A stretch of DNA of 64,000 nt, taken from a virus. How positions within the stretch are numbered: the first letter of the stretch is position 1; the number at the start of each line of letters is the position of its first letter. Positions 27,960 to 37,852 of this stretch are shown piece by piece. The position numbers were made by a program, and so were the translations under genes. A model generated the notes under the pieces. That model was not told where the DNA came from. It saw nothing but the letters and a program-made list of their open reading frames with translations, and did no database searches. The stretch spans positions 112,232 through 176,231 of IMG/VR virus record IMGVR_UViG_3300042868_005761. One strand, 5' to 3'.

Positions 27960-28754
27960 CTAATTTAACGGCTGTTGATCTGGTGAAGCAGGCGGTGCCG
28001 GTGTCTCGGCCACTGATGTGTCTGGAGCAGGAGCTACGGCCTCAGGTGCAGTACTTGCAACCTTAGGTGCATTTGCTTGACTCTTCCAACTACGTGTATC
28101 GCTAATCCCAACAGCATGAAAATATTCAATGTCTCTTGCAATATACTGATATTGTACTTCAGTATATATATCCTCTACTGACATTGTTTGCGAATCATGT
28201 ACGATGTCAACGCCATATAGAATAATTTTGCCAACATCATTATCTTCATTTAGAAACAAAATAATAATATCAAATGGCGGTAAATCACTTGGCTTACTTA
28301 CTTCTCCGAAAAGACTTGTGTCCCAAGAGAAATCCCACTGTTTCTTTAGCTTTTCTTTGTTTATCTCTTCAGACTTTTCTGGGATTACATAGTCTACATC
28401 CCCTGAGCTATAAGTAAGAAATCCTCCCTTATCGTTTAAGGTTGTGTATCCAGTCGCAAATGCATTCTCATTTAAAACATGCAGATGCATTTGGTTAAAG
28501 ATTAAGGTACCAGCAATGGTTCTTCCTCCTCTTGCTACTCCAATTGGACTTTTAAATCCTAAAGCTTTTACAGGAGTTTTTGCATTATAAGTTGAAATAC
28601 TTATAGTTTGCAAAGTACCAATATTAAATACTTTTTCTTCATTTAATTGTTGGGTTCCTCTCATGTATTGTGGCAAACGAATAATAGCGTTTATGTCACA
28701 ACCAGAGAATCCCATTCTACCAGTTCTAGAATATCCAGTGAATGTACTTGACAT
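27960..28754 (-). CDS. Tail tube-like protein (paralog 2)
   Basis: 264 aa; FSGCDI, RGGRTIAGTLIF, DLPPFDI and YQYIARD are shared with 28957-29595. Confidence 0.65.
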   Translation of the reverse strand: MSSTFTGYSRTGRMGFSGCDINAIIRLPQYMRGTQQLNEEKVFNIGTLQTISISTYNAKTPVKALGFKSPIGVARGGRTIAGTLIFNQMHLHVLNENAFATGYTTLNDKGGFLTYSSGDVDYVIPEKSEEINKEKLKKQWDFSWDTSLFGEVSKPSDLPPFDIIILFLNEDNDVGKIILYGVDIVHDSQTMSVEDIYTEVQYQYIARDIEYFHAVGISDTRSWKSQANAPKVASTAPEAVAPAPDTSVAETPAPPASPDQQPLN

Positions 28755-28901
28755 GTTACCTTTTTAAGTAAGACTCAAATTTGTTTAGTATGTCTGTAAA
28801 ATAGACATAAGCAAGAAACACTACAATAAGTACTATTATTGCTGCAGATATTTTTATTCTATCAGTTAAAGATTGTCCTTCCATAAGCAATCCTCCATAA
28901 A

Positions 28902-28935
28902 TAAAAAACCCACGTATATATTATATACGTGGGCT
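28902..28935 (-). terminator. Rho-independent terminator after tail tube
   Basis: The minus strand reads AGCCCACGTATAT-AAT-ATATACGTGGGTTTTTT: a long stem followed by a U-tract, ~20 nt after the stop. Confidence 0.8.
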
Positions 28936-28956
28936 TCTTATGCTCTAACTTTAGTG

Positions 28957-29595
28957 TTAGGAGATGGTAATCGCGCCACCATCACGCTTGATTGTACCAA
29001 CGTTGCTGATACCAGAACCTGTGTCTCTGCTAGCTGTCCAGCGAGTGACCGCACGGGCAAGATATGTTGTCTGCATATCAGCCTGACGGTCTTCAATGCC
29101 CATACCCCAGCCTTCATTCATAAGCTCGCAACCATGAATAACGCAACGAGCTTGAATACCAAACTCATTACAGGCAGCAACCGTAATGTCAAAAGGAGGA
29201 ATCTGGTCGGCATAGAATGCCTTCGTAACTTCGCCTAGAGCTGCTGTGTCAAGAGTTGAAACAATTGCAGAAAGAGCTGCATCGTCTTTCTTAAGGTCTC
29301 CAGGGGAGATTTCATACTTCTTCTTTACGAAGTTACCAAGGTCTCCACCTTCGAACTGCTCAAGAATAGCATGTGTATCAAACTGGATAAAGATAAGTGA
29401 ACCAGCAATACCACGCTTGCCACGTGAGAAACCACGAGGGTTAGCCTCACCTAGAACGTAGATAGGAGCCTTTTCACGCTGAATAGCGTAAGAGACTGCC
29501 ATTAGGTTACCAACTTCCTTGGAACCGAAGACAGCTTTAATGTCTGCGCCAGAGAAGCTATTAAATGATCTTGTTGTAAAATCTGCTGCGGCCAT
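28957..29595 (-). CDS. Major tail tube protein
   Basis: 212 aa immediately after the sheath; FSGADI, REKAPIY, RGKRGIAGSLIF, DQIPPFDI; strong RBS AAGGAG; followed by a terminator. Confidence 0.8.
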   Translation of the reverse strand: MAAADFTTRSFNSFSGADIKAVFGSKEVGNLMAVSYAIQREKAPIYVLGEANPRGFSRGKRGIAGSLIFIQFDTHAILEQFEGGDLGNFVKKKYEISPGDLKKDDAALSAIVSTLDTAALGEVTKAFYADQIPPFDITVAACNEFGIQARCVIHGCELMNEGWGMGIEDRQADMQTTYLARAVTRWTASRDTGSGISNVGTIKRDGGAITIS

Positions 29596-29613
29596 TTTTG
29601 TTCTCCTTTAGAA

Positions 29614-32600
29614 TTACTGTGCGCTTAAGTTGACTGAGAAGGTAATCTGGCGAAGCTCAAATACCGGAGTAATTGTAAGCTTCACTTTCATCTTACCAAG
29701 AACACGGTCTGAAGCGCTTTGCTCAATCTTGAACGAAGCACTAGTAACCGTCTGGATAGGCTCACCAGCAATGTTATCCTTAAGGACTTCACCAATGGCG
29801 GATTCAAGAGCAGCTCTCATGGGCGCGGAAAGACCCTTGCCAATGAAAGGACGAGTCGCAACTCTCAACTGATCAACTAGTCTTGAGATGATTCTGACCG
29901 TTGTAAGTCTTGTGTAGTCAGAGGTTGGTGATGCGAATGTCGGTGAGTCAGCAATTGAAGCAGAGACACCATTAGGCTCGCTCTTAGCCATAACAAGACC
30001 AAGACCGCAACCAGCATCAATAACCTTAGTCTCAGTTCTGTAGTCGATGGTAAGCTGTGAAAGCTTCTCATTGATTAGTGAGTTGGCAACTGAGATAGTA
30101 GGAAGAAGACCAGCAACCATTGTTGCGGCATTCAGGATATAGTTAGGACGACGAGGATTCAAGTCGTCTGTTGTTCTACCAAAGAAGGCAACAACGCTGA
30201 CGTACTTGCCAAGATCAACCTTTCTTTGATTCTCATCTAGGACAAGGTTGGCTTCAGCGTAATCGATTAGACCATCCTTTGTAAGGAATAGACCACCATG
30301 CTTAAGGCCGTTGTTGAAGGTAGTATGACCACCAACAAACTTATGACCAAGAAGACCAGCACCATTCTCTGTCACATAGTAAGCATTCTCTTCTCCGTCA
30401 AAGACGTAAGAAGGAGCGCTACCGTAGTAAGCTCTAATAGCACGAGGATTGAGCCCACTGGGAAGAGTTGTTCCGATTACGCCATGAACAAACTTGTAAT
30501 CGCTTGAGTTCTCATGGCAGTACTTGGCTAGAAGATGAGCAAAGTTTACCTCAGTGTAAAGTAGAGCAGGAGAAGCATCCCCAGGAACACCCGCACTTGC
30601 AATCTTAGGAGCAATTGAGTCATCTGACCAGTAGTAGGTGTAGGTATAGTCGCCATTATTAACAGTGGCAAGGTAACCAAGAGCGTCCTTTGATGATCCA
30701 GGAACTGGGTAAGAGCTATCAGTCCATGTAGTCTCAAGGCCATCTGCAATATTAGGACTATTTAGATGGACAGAAAGAGGAACAATAAAATCAAAAGCAG
30801 CAAGATCAAGATCTTCGAAAGCAGTGTGGATCTTCTCGTATCTCTTTATGAGGGATAGGCTTTGACCCGTGTCACCAAGATCATAAACAACTTGGCTGCT
30901 ACCAAGACCATTGGCAGCTAGATAAGCTGATGAGCCCATTTGGTAGAAAGCAGAGCCACGAAGACCATAAGAACTAACTCCCCCACCGTCTTTCACTTTC
31001 GATAGGGGGATGTAGACACCACCCTGGACAGAAGAGAAAGCTCTGTCAAGCGACAGAGGATAAAGGCCAATATCACGGCTAACACGATGGGAAACAGACT
31101 CACCACTGATTGTTATGCCCGCACCAGTCATAGTAATAGGAGCACTAACAAAAGGTCTAGCTGCAAAACCTGCCCAAGGATGCTCAGACGGATACACAAG
31201 CACGCCTGATGTATCATGCGTAAGGCCATTTGGTGTAAAGGTAATTTCTGGACCAACACGAGTAATGTCAAAGATATTATCTAGGGGAGAGTCTTGGAAA
31301 CTTTCCTGAATCAAATCGGCAACATTGGACGCCGTTAAGGGCTGTGCTGCGCGAGTTCCCGTAACACTCACAGTGCTAATTAAACCAAGAGCATTTACAC
31401 TTGTAACTGTAAGAACAAGATTATGGTCAGGGGCTGTACCACCTAGTGCAGTTCCTGGGATAGTAAGCGTGCTTGGAGTGACACCAGCCTTAAACGGCTT
31501 GTGGACAAATCGTGTACCTGAAACAATAAAGTCAGTAACTGTGCCACCGTCGCCAACATTCACTCCAGTTACAGTAAGCGCAAGATTGTTGGCGCTTGTG
31601 CCACCAAGTTCTGTGCCCTTCCAGACAAGCACGTCACCAACTTTATAGTTTGCGCCTGCATCAGCAACTGAAACCTGTGAAACTGTATAAGCACCTGATG
31701 TCGCATAGTTAATCGTAACAGCAATTTCAAGACCAGTTCCGTCAACTTCCTCGTCAACTCTATCAACAAAACTTTCAGAAAAAGTATCAGTGCCAGCAAG
31801 AAGTTCATCGTAAATAATTACTTCATCTGAGGCAGCTGAGCCACCATCTACAACATTAACCTGAGCAGCAGTATATGCACCTGTTGCACTTCCTGTTGGG
31901 AGTGTAACTGTAAACTTTGGCATGTCACGGAAGTACCATGCGGTGCCTGCAGGCTGATTGATTTCAGTACCAGAAGTTGCAGAAACTTCTGTGTACTCAG
32001 TTGATGAAAGATCGCCTGTGACAGTCACACCAGAAACTGTAACCGAATACTCACCGCCGGTATAACTACCGCCGACTGAAACACCAAGCTTCAAAGTCTC
32101 TAGGGCGTCAGAGTCTGCTGCAGAACCAATTCCAAGATCAACATCTGACATATCAAAGCTAACATCAACTTCACCGTTATCGGAAGTAGCGCCATCAAAG
32201 GCATTACCCATCCAGACAATAGCATCAGTCGTAAGATTGACGACAACAAGTTGAGCTACAACGCGGCTTTTATCTGCAACTTCTCCAGCACCATCACTTG
32301 AGTAAAGTTCAGCATGCTTATATGCGACAGCATAATTTGAAGCTGCCTCTGGAGACTGCTGAATTGGGGTAATCTTAATACCAGCAGGCGCACCAAAAGC
32401 ATCAGCGCCAATGGCAGAGACAGAAGGAGCAGTGCCAGGAAGACGATATAGGTAAATGTTTGTACCACCGCCTTTCTTGACTTCGGAAGCACCGCGAGTT
32501 AGCTCGGATGTCGCACCAAATTCACGAACGACAGAAGCAATATCAGTCACTTGATAGGGCTCACTTGTTAAACCTTTGCTAGCCGTACCAATTACTAGAA

Positions 32601-32685
32601 CAGACTGACTAGTATTTGCCGAAATCTGGCCGAGGTTTCCGTCCTGAAGCTCTACATAACTACCAGGTAAATTTACATATGGCAT
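29614..32685 (-). CDS. Contractile tail sheath protein with inserted beta-rich modules
   Basis: 1023 aa; N-terminal LPGSYVEL...VLVIGTA...P; C-terminal SDYTRLTTVRI...PFIG...LTITPVFELRQI, typical of sheath proteins; RBS AAGGAG. Confidence 0.9.
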   Translation of the reverse strand: MPYVNLPGSYVELQDGNLGQISANTSQSVLVIGTASKGLTSEPYQVTDIASVVREFGATSELTRGASEVKKGGGTNIYLYRLPGTAPSVSAIGADAFGAPAGIKITPIQQSPEAASNYAVAYKHAELYSSDGAGEVADKSRVVAQLVVVNLTTDAIVWMGNAFDGATSDNGEVDVSFDMSDVDLGIGSAADSDALETLKLGVSVGGSYTGGEYSVTVSGVTVTGDLSSTEYTEVSATSGTEINQPAGTAWYFRDMPKFTVTLPTGSATGAYTAAQVNVVDGGSAASDEVIIYDELLAGTDTFSESFVDRVDEEVDGTGLEIAVTINYATSGAYTVSQVSVADAGANYKVGDVLVWKGTELGGTSANNLALTVTGVNVGDGGTVTDFIVSGTRFVHKPFKAGVTPSTLTIPGTALGGTAPDHNLVLTVTSVNALGLISTVSVTGTRAAQPLTASNVADLIQESFQDSPLDNIFDITRVGPEITFTPNGLTHDTSGVLVYPSEHPWAGFAARPFVSAPITMTGAGITISGESVSHRVSRDIGLYPLSLDRAFSSVQGGVYIPLSKVKDGGGVSSYGLRGSAFYQMGSSAYLAANGLGSSQVVYDLGDTGQSLSLIKRYEKIHTAFEDLDLAAFDFIVPLSVHLNSPNIADGLETTWTDSSYPVPGSSKDALGYLATVNNGDYTYTYYWSDDSIAPKIASAGVPGDASPALLYTEVNFAHLLAKYCHENSSDYKFVHGVIGTTLPSGLNPRAIRAYYGSAPSYVFDGEENAYYVTENGAGLLGHKFVGGHTTFNNGLKHGGLFLTKDGLIDYAEANLVLDENQRKVDLGKYVSVVAFFGRTTDDLNPRRPNYILNAATMVAGLLPTISVANSLINEKLSQLTIDYRTETKVIDAGCGLGLVMAKSEPNGVSASIADSPTFASPTSDYTRLTTVRIISRLVDQLRVATRPFIGKGLSAPMRAALESAIGEVLKDNIAGEPIQTVTSASFKIEQSASDRVLGKMKVKLTITPVFELRQITFSVNLSAQ

Positions 32686-32705
32686 ATTTTCTCCTTTGAA
32701 TTAAA

Positions 32706-33449
32706 TTAACTTGAGGGTGTTATCTGTAGAATAATTTGTTTGAGGACAAGAATACTGGTCCAAGTAAGTTTTTCAATTGAAACAGCATATTTTAAAGTTC
32801 TTTTGTGTCTAAGGGCTTCTGTATCATCTCCTGTATCCTCAACAAACGTGAAGTCTAGGACTCCACTGTATTTAACATACCATAGATAAGTCTTTATAAT
32901 ATCTGCAATCCACTCCTTGATCTGGTCCGCTTCGTGCGCAGTTTTCCCGTATATACTAAGATTGATATTGTAATCTAATCTTTGACCATATATGTAAACC
33001 TCAGAGGTATCATCCTGCGGATCAATATACTTCCCAAGAAGTATACTAGTTACCATTCTTCGAGAAGGTGAGTTGACTGGACCGCTACCAGCAGCGCCAG
33101 GTTTTCCGTCTCTTACTAGGAAGACAATATTAGGAGTTTCACTTTCAACGTTAATAATTGGTCTTTGAATTATAAGACGATCATTATTTAACCAAGCTGG
33201 CTTCATAGTAGAAGTAGCCATATTGATAATCTGCTGAAGAATCTCCATAACCTCATAAATTGTATTTACCTTAAACCTTTCATTCTGAAGTCTAACTATA
33301 GCTTTGCCACCTGGCTCGAGAATTATATTAGTAGGCATTGGCTCAAGTTGAACATTGCCTAAATTCTCCGACTCCATAATAGTAACAAGAGTTGTTTGCT
33401 GAGCTTCATTTAGGTCTTTTAGAAGTTGGGGAGTTAAAGGATTCAACAT
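32706..33449 (-). CDS. Putative tail terminator/completion protein
   Basis: 247 aa directly before the sheath; YNINLSIYGKTAHEAD pattern; synteny. Confidence 0.5.
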   Translation of the reverse strand: MLNPLTPQLLKDLNEAQQTTLVTIMESENLGNVQLEPMPTNIILEPGGKAIVRLQNERFKVNTIYEVMEILQQIINMATSTMKPAWLNNDRLIIQRPIINVESETPNIVFLVRDGKPGAAGSGPVNSPSRRMVTSILLGKYIDPQDDTSEVYIYGQRLDYNINLSIYGKTAHEADQIKEWIADIIKTYLWYVKYSGVLDFTFVEDTGDDTEALRHKRTLKYAVSIEKLTWTSILVLKQIILQITPSS

Positions 33450-33450
33450 A

Positions 33451-33999
33451 TTAATATTTCCTGCAGTATAAGATTATGTACTCTATTCGACCAGTATCTG
33501 ATCTCTTCTCATTTAGTGTATTGATTGTCCAGATGATATTGCGGCGCTCTGGTTTAACAAGAGCACCATCAGGCTCTAATGCTAGCTCTATGATCTTGTC
33601 TTCGTAGTCTATGCCAACTGTATCTTGGACATAGAACTTGCAGAATTGCTTCTTACTTCTACCTATCTCAGTTAGAAGAGATGCCCCGGCTTTCTCTTGA
33701 TCACTGCCAATTTCTACCTTGAATGTATCAACATACTGTTCATCCCAAAGGTATCCTTCACCTAAGCAAACACTGCATTTCTGATGACCTTGTCCTTCTT
33801 TTGCTACGTTGCAAGAACAAGGAATCCTGTAGTTATTGGCATTTCGCCTAAACTTCCTAAGCATAACTTTAAAAGCCTTTGGGATTTCATAGACTGAACC
33901 TGTAAAGGTATCCTTGGTTTCCTTGCGCAAGTCTACTTCTTTCTGTGTAGTCTTTGGACCTGAGCTAGAGCGATAAAAACGACTTCTTCCTACTGACAT
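33451..33999 (-). CDS. Putative neck/head-closure protein with Zn-ribbon
   Basis: 182 aa; CSC...CSVCLGEGY and terminal RSDTGRIEY; lies between head and tail genes. Confidence 0.55.
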   Translation of the reverse strand: MSVGRSRFYRSSSGPKTTQKEVDLRKETKDTFTGSVYEIPKAFKVMLRKFRRNANNYRIPCSCNVAKEGQGHQKCSVCLGEGYLWDEQYVDTFKVEIGSDQEKAGASLLTEIGRSKKQFCKFYVQDTVGIDYEDKIIELALEPDGALVKPERRNIIWTINTLNEKRSDTGRIEYIILYCRKY

Positions 34000-34008
34000 T
34001 CGTCCCCC

Positions 34009-35097
34009 TTAGCTTCCAGTATCTGGCCAGTTTCCATTTATATTTCTATAGATGTACCGGTAACGGTAACGGTTTTGGTAAGCATAGTCTGGATAGTATC
34101 TGTAAGACCCAGGTAGTCTAGTTTTAATATTAACACTAGGCGCAAACCTAGGCATGTTATCAATTGACCTACCAAAGGCAGGATAATCTGCTCCCATATA
34201 TCCTTTGATTGCCATACCAGCATTAAGGCTAGCACCATAAGAAAGATTGCCATTGCTATGAAGAATTCTATGTAAGTCTTCATCACGCTTTCTCATCTGT
34301 TCAATCTTTGCTTTCAGTGCAGTGGCATTATCGGCCCACTCAACTTTAAGATCACCAAGTTGCTTAGCACGAGGAGAACCTAGAGCAAGTGAAATATTTT
34401 CAATAAGATCAACAGAACTGTTAATAATTACATATTCCATCTTAACATAGTTAAGCCACTTTTGTGTGCCATTCTGGACTGGCATGTTAAAGACCATTGC
34501 GTCAACAATCTTTGAATATCTATAGATAAGATAGTTAACTGTATCAGCATCTACGTCGCCTACAATGCTACCTACGCTAGATATTACCTGATCATAGGTT
34601 GCATACATAGGGGTATATCTACTAGTAAACCATGACTCGTCTTCTACACCAATAGAATCAACAGCAGCACCAATTTCTTTAATACCTCTAATCTCAATAA
34701 CATATTGGTTGTTATTAAGTAAAGTATCAAAGCCTTCATCCTGCGAATACGCGTTAGCGTTGTTTCCGCTAGAGTTAATAGTAAATGGAATTAGGCTTGT
34801 AAACATGACAGGAGCAAGTGCTGTTCCAACATTTACTTCAAAGTAAGCCCACCACTCACCAACTTGCGCATCATCAGCAGTCAAATAGCTATAAGTGTAC
34901 TGGCCATATTTAGTTGGAGCACCAGCGTCCTCTTGGTAGACAATAGCATCATCCTCAAGGTTTACACCGGGAAGCCCTGGTTTTCTACCATAAGGATAAA
35001 TAGACACAACAGGATCAAGCCCATTAGCTAAGTAGCCATTGCCATCTCTGACTTGGCAAACAATATCAACTGTGTCTCCTTGGCTTACGGTTAACAT
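34009..35097 (-). CDS. Putative head-tail adaptor/neck protein
   Basis: 362 aa; beta-rich N-terminus, then WFTSRYTPMY and KQLGDLKVEW; synteny. Confidence 0.45.
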   Translation of the reverse strand: MLTVSQGDTVDIVCQVRDGNGYLANGLDPVVSIYPYGRKPGLPGVNLEDDAIVYQEDAGAPTKYGQYTYSYLTADDAQVGEWWAYFEVNVGTALAPVMFTSLIPFTINSSGNNANAYSQDEGFDTLLNNNQYVIEIRGIKEIGAAVDSIGVEDESWFTSRYTPMYATYDQVISSVGSIVGDVDADTVNYLIYRYSKIVDAMVFNMPVQNGTQKWLNYVKMEYVIINSSVDLIENISLALGSPRAKQLGDLKVEWADNATALKAKIEQMRKRDEDLHRILHSNGNLSYGASLNAGMAIKGYMGADYPAFGRSIDNMPRFAPSVNIKTRLPGSYRYYPDYAYQNRYRYRYIYRNINGNWPDTGS

Positions 35098-35098
35098 A

Positions 35099-36205
35099 TT
35101 ATTCCCTTATTATGTTAATGATAATTTTTTTGCCATTAACAATCCAAGAGTAGCCAACGTCGACTGCGTCTTGATTGCCATCCATAATATTCCTAAACAA
35201 CTTAACTGTATCTGCTGTTACGCTAGCAGGATCAACATTCTTATTAAAGGTAAGAATGATTTGTCTAGTCTTTAAAGACATATTACTAGAGCCGTACTCA
35301 GGCTCAATCTTTACTAGTTGGAATTCAGTGGCAGCTATGTTTATCTCTGCCTGCGTTGGAGCGTCTAGCCCAATGGGACTCTGTGAGACTGCAGTAGGTA
35401 ATTCTTTAACTTGATTTACTGCCGTTGAGAAGTCAACTTTATAAGTATCCGCAAGATATTCTATTGGACGTAAATTGATAGTCCAGGCATCACCTATTTT
35501 AAATGCGTCAGATGCCCCGCCAATTAACTCTAAATAGATATCCTTATCCTTTGCAATCTTATTGCGTCCAGTCAAGGGTAGCAGATCATGGGTCACAAGT
35601 GAGGTGCTTTCAAAGTACCAATTTAACTTACAAGTTGAAGAGCTTCCTGCTTTGATAACTTCAACAACAAGAACATCATCTGCTTCACCGGTGTAATATC
35701 CACTTGCTCTTAGTATTCCTTCCCCAGTCGAAGTTAGTAAATCTTTCTCTGCATCAAACACAGTTCGAGATCCAACATAACTCCACTCATTGTCAGGAGT
35801 AGATGAACCACTGATTAGTAGACGGTAGTCTGTCTTCTCTTGTAGGAATGACTTAGGTCTAACAATTAATTTGCTTTTGACAGTAACGTCATAGGCATAA
35901 CTCATTTGCTCTTCAAGAGTTTCTCCAGAAGCGTTGCATCTAACAATTTCTAACTCGACTGGAACTTCACCTTTGAGATGTAGAGTCTCAAGTACTTTTG
36001 AATAGTTTGTGTCATTTGAGAACTTATAAAGTCTCTCTTCAAACTCGATACCAGTAACAATATGATTATCAGGACCAACTAAACTAATACTATTTTCAGC
36101 AAGAAACTCAGAGACTTCTTGGTTAAAAAGAATTTCAATCTTTTCCCCTGTAGGAAAAGTAGTAAAGCCATCATTTGGCCAAACTGAAACAATAGTAAAA
36201 GCCAT
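35099..36205 (-). CDS. Virion protein with Ig-like (Big_5-type) domains
   Basis: 368 aa; IVSVWPNDG...IEILFNQEV and LVKIEPEYG...IILTFNKNVDPASV are two Ig-like repeats. Confidence 0.55.
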   Translation of the reverse strand: MAFTIVSVWPNDGFTTFPTGEKIEILFNQEVSEFLAENSISLVGPDNHIVTGIEFEERLYKFSNDTNYSKVLETLHLKGEVPVELEIVRCNASGETLEEQMSYAYDVTVKSKLIVRPKSFLQEKTDYRLLISGSSTPDNEWSYVGSRTVFDAEKDLLTSTGEGILRASGYYTGEADDVLVVEVIKAGSSSTCKLNWYFESTSLVTHDLLPLTGRNKIAKDKDIYLELIGGASDAFKIGDAWTINLRPIEYLADTYKVDFSTAVNQVKELPTAVSQSPIGLDAPTQAEINIAATEFQLVKIEPEYGSSNMSLKTRQIILTFNKNVDPASVTADTVKLFRNIMDGNQDAVDVGYSWIVNGKKIIINIIRE

Positions 36206-36207
36206 TG

Positions 36208-36426
36208 TTAGAACTCCTCAATGTAAGATTCAAGAGTACACTCAACTTTGCAACCAGTAACTAAGGTAATTTCTTGCGTCTCAAGACTCTCAGCCTCTAT
36301 AATACAATCTTCTGCTTCCATAATTGCTTGATGCTCTTCAAAAGCTAACCTTCTGAATAGAGCCTCCATATCCTTTTGGGATGTGATGGTTGCAAGGGCC
36401 TGGGCGATCTTATCTTCTAAACTCAT
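36208..36426 (-). CDS. Small acidic hypothetical protein
   Basis: 72 aa; RBS AGGAG; in the operon after the capsid terminator. Confidence 0.6.
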   Translation of the reverse strand: MSLEDKIAQALATITSQKDMEALFRRLAFEEHQAIMEAEDCIIEAESLETQEITLVTGCKVECTLESYIEEF

Positions 36427-36460
36427 GTCTACTCCTAGTAACTAATATCTAGATACCGAC

Positions 36461-36469
36461 ATTATAACA
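36461..36469 (-). promoter_or_regulatory. Candidate extended -10 promoter (TGTTATAAT) for neck/tail genes
   Basis: Exact TGnTATAAT immediately downstream of the capsid terminator U-tract, 35 nt upstream of the ATG at 36426. Confidence 0.5.
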
Positions 36470-36504
36470 AAAAGAAAGCCCCCAGGCCTTTCGACCTGAG
36501 GGCT
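36469..36504 (-). terminator. Rho-independent terminator after major capsid
   Basis: AGCCCTCAGGTC-GAAA-GGCCTGGGGGCT (G-U pairs, GNRA loop) followed by TTCTTTTT. Confidence 0.9.
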
Positions 36505-36531
36505 ATTTATCTATTACCTGTTACCTAACTA

Positions 36532-37818
36532 TTAGTCAGGGAACTGAGTGCTAACCGGAGAAGCACCAGGCACCGCTGCAAGGAACTCGCCATCCGTAAT
36601 ATTGTAGTAAGGACGCGCAATCTCAGGAGCGTAGAAGTTCTGATCGCAGAAGATATTCTTAAGCGTAACAAGACCCTGACCTTCGTTGTACATGAAAAGA
36701 CCCCACTTCTCTGACCACTTCATCTTGAAGGTCTCGAAATACTTATCCTCCCACTCATCAGCAACAATACCTGAACCAACGATTAGAGCACCAAGTGACT
36801 TGCTATCGCAAAGAACGATATCGGTAAGCTTAGTAGCAGGATCGTAAGGCATGAAGCGTGAGGTCACAATGCGGAGACCGAACGGAAGGCCAAGGGGAAG
36901 CTGGGGAGCCGCCGTAATAGCATTGACGTTGAAGTCCTTAAGCGAGGCCTTGGAGCTATCGGCACCAGTACCAAGCTGGCCGCGTGAATAACCCTTTGAA
37001 AGAACACCCTTAACGGCGTCAGGAACACCGCTAACGTTAGCGGCTGAACCCGAGTAGCTACCAAAGAGATTGCCGCTGCCGCTCTGCATTGCAAATGCAC
37101 GAAGGACGGGGTCGCGAACAAACATAAGGTAAGTAAGAGGATGGCAGATTAGCGTATCAGGCGTAAAACCTCTCTGAATGAGAAGGTGATAAGCGTTGAA
37201 AAGATCATCCATGGTAAGAGTACCATTGGTCTTCATCTTGATGTCACGACCAGTCGTGATGCCAAGAGCTGACTGAGTAGGATTAAGATTGTCAAACGCA
37301 GGAACGCTGATGTTCGTGATATGCTTAGCGATTTCGGTCTCCTTGCGGCGAGCGAAAGCACGACCAGCCTCACGGGCAAGGTAACCAAGGAGATTCCAGT
37401 TGGAAGCCTTGATAGCCTCTTGCGTAAGGGAGATCATAACACCCCACTTGTCGATGGCGGCCGTAGCCATACCACCGCCAGTTGTCACACGCTCTTCACG
37501 GTAGCCTTCAAGCTCAGTGACCTTATGGACAGTGAAAGCTGAAAGGGCGGGAAGGCGGAACTCAGTGATACCATCCGGTGCAGGAATGGTGTCAAGGAGT
37601 GGAGTTAGCGTGAGCATAGGCTCCATGGGCTCCATCATAATCTCAACAATTGAGTGCTTGACCCAGGGCCCAAGCTCAGCTGATGTAATCGCGTCTTCGA
37701 TTGAAAGACGTGAATCGCTGCTATGGTCTGAGCCAGGAAGCCAACCGTTGTTCTTGATGAGCGCTGTAAGCTCACTCTGATCAGCAATTTCTAGGTTCTT
37801 ATGCTTTAGTCTTGACAT
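36532..37818 (-). CDS. Major capsid protein (HK97 fold)
   Basis: 428 aa; KWGVMISLTQEAI, AGRAFARRKE, TPDTLICHP; strong RBS AAGGAG, biased codons and a downstream terminator. Confidence 0.9.
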   Translation of the reverse strand: MSRLKHKNLEIADQSELTALIKNNGWLPGSDHSSDSRLSIEDAITSAELGPWVKHSIVEIMMEPMEPMLTLTPLLDTIPAPDGITEFRLPALSAFTVHKVTELEGYREERVTTGGGMATAAIDKWGVMISLTQEAIKASNWNLLGYLAREAGRAFARRKETEIAKHITNISVPAFDNLNPTQSALGITTGRDIKMKTNGTLTMDDLFNAYHLLIQRGFTPDTLICHPLTYLMFVRDPVLRAFAMQSGSGNLFGSYSGSAANVSGVPDAVKGVLSKGYSRGQLGTGADSSKASLKDFNVNAITAAPQLPLGLPFGLRIVTSRFMPYDPATKLTDIVLCDSKSLGALIVGSGIVADEWEDKYFETFKMKWSEKWGLFMYNEGQGLVTLKNIFCDQNFYAPEIARPYYNITDGEFLAAVPGASPVSTQFPD

Positions 37819-37852
37819 TTTTCGGTTCTCCTTATTGAGATTATGATTTTAA

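Noticed and set aside
28755-28900. tRNA or structured ncRNA in intergenic gaps
   Set aside because: No cloverleaf or T-loop consensus seen; only terminators and AT-rich promoter-like sequence.
27029-32685. Bacterial contractile injection system (eCIS/T6SS/tailocin)
   Set aside because: Capsid, portal, protease and terminase genes are in the same cluster, so this is a phage.
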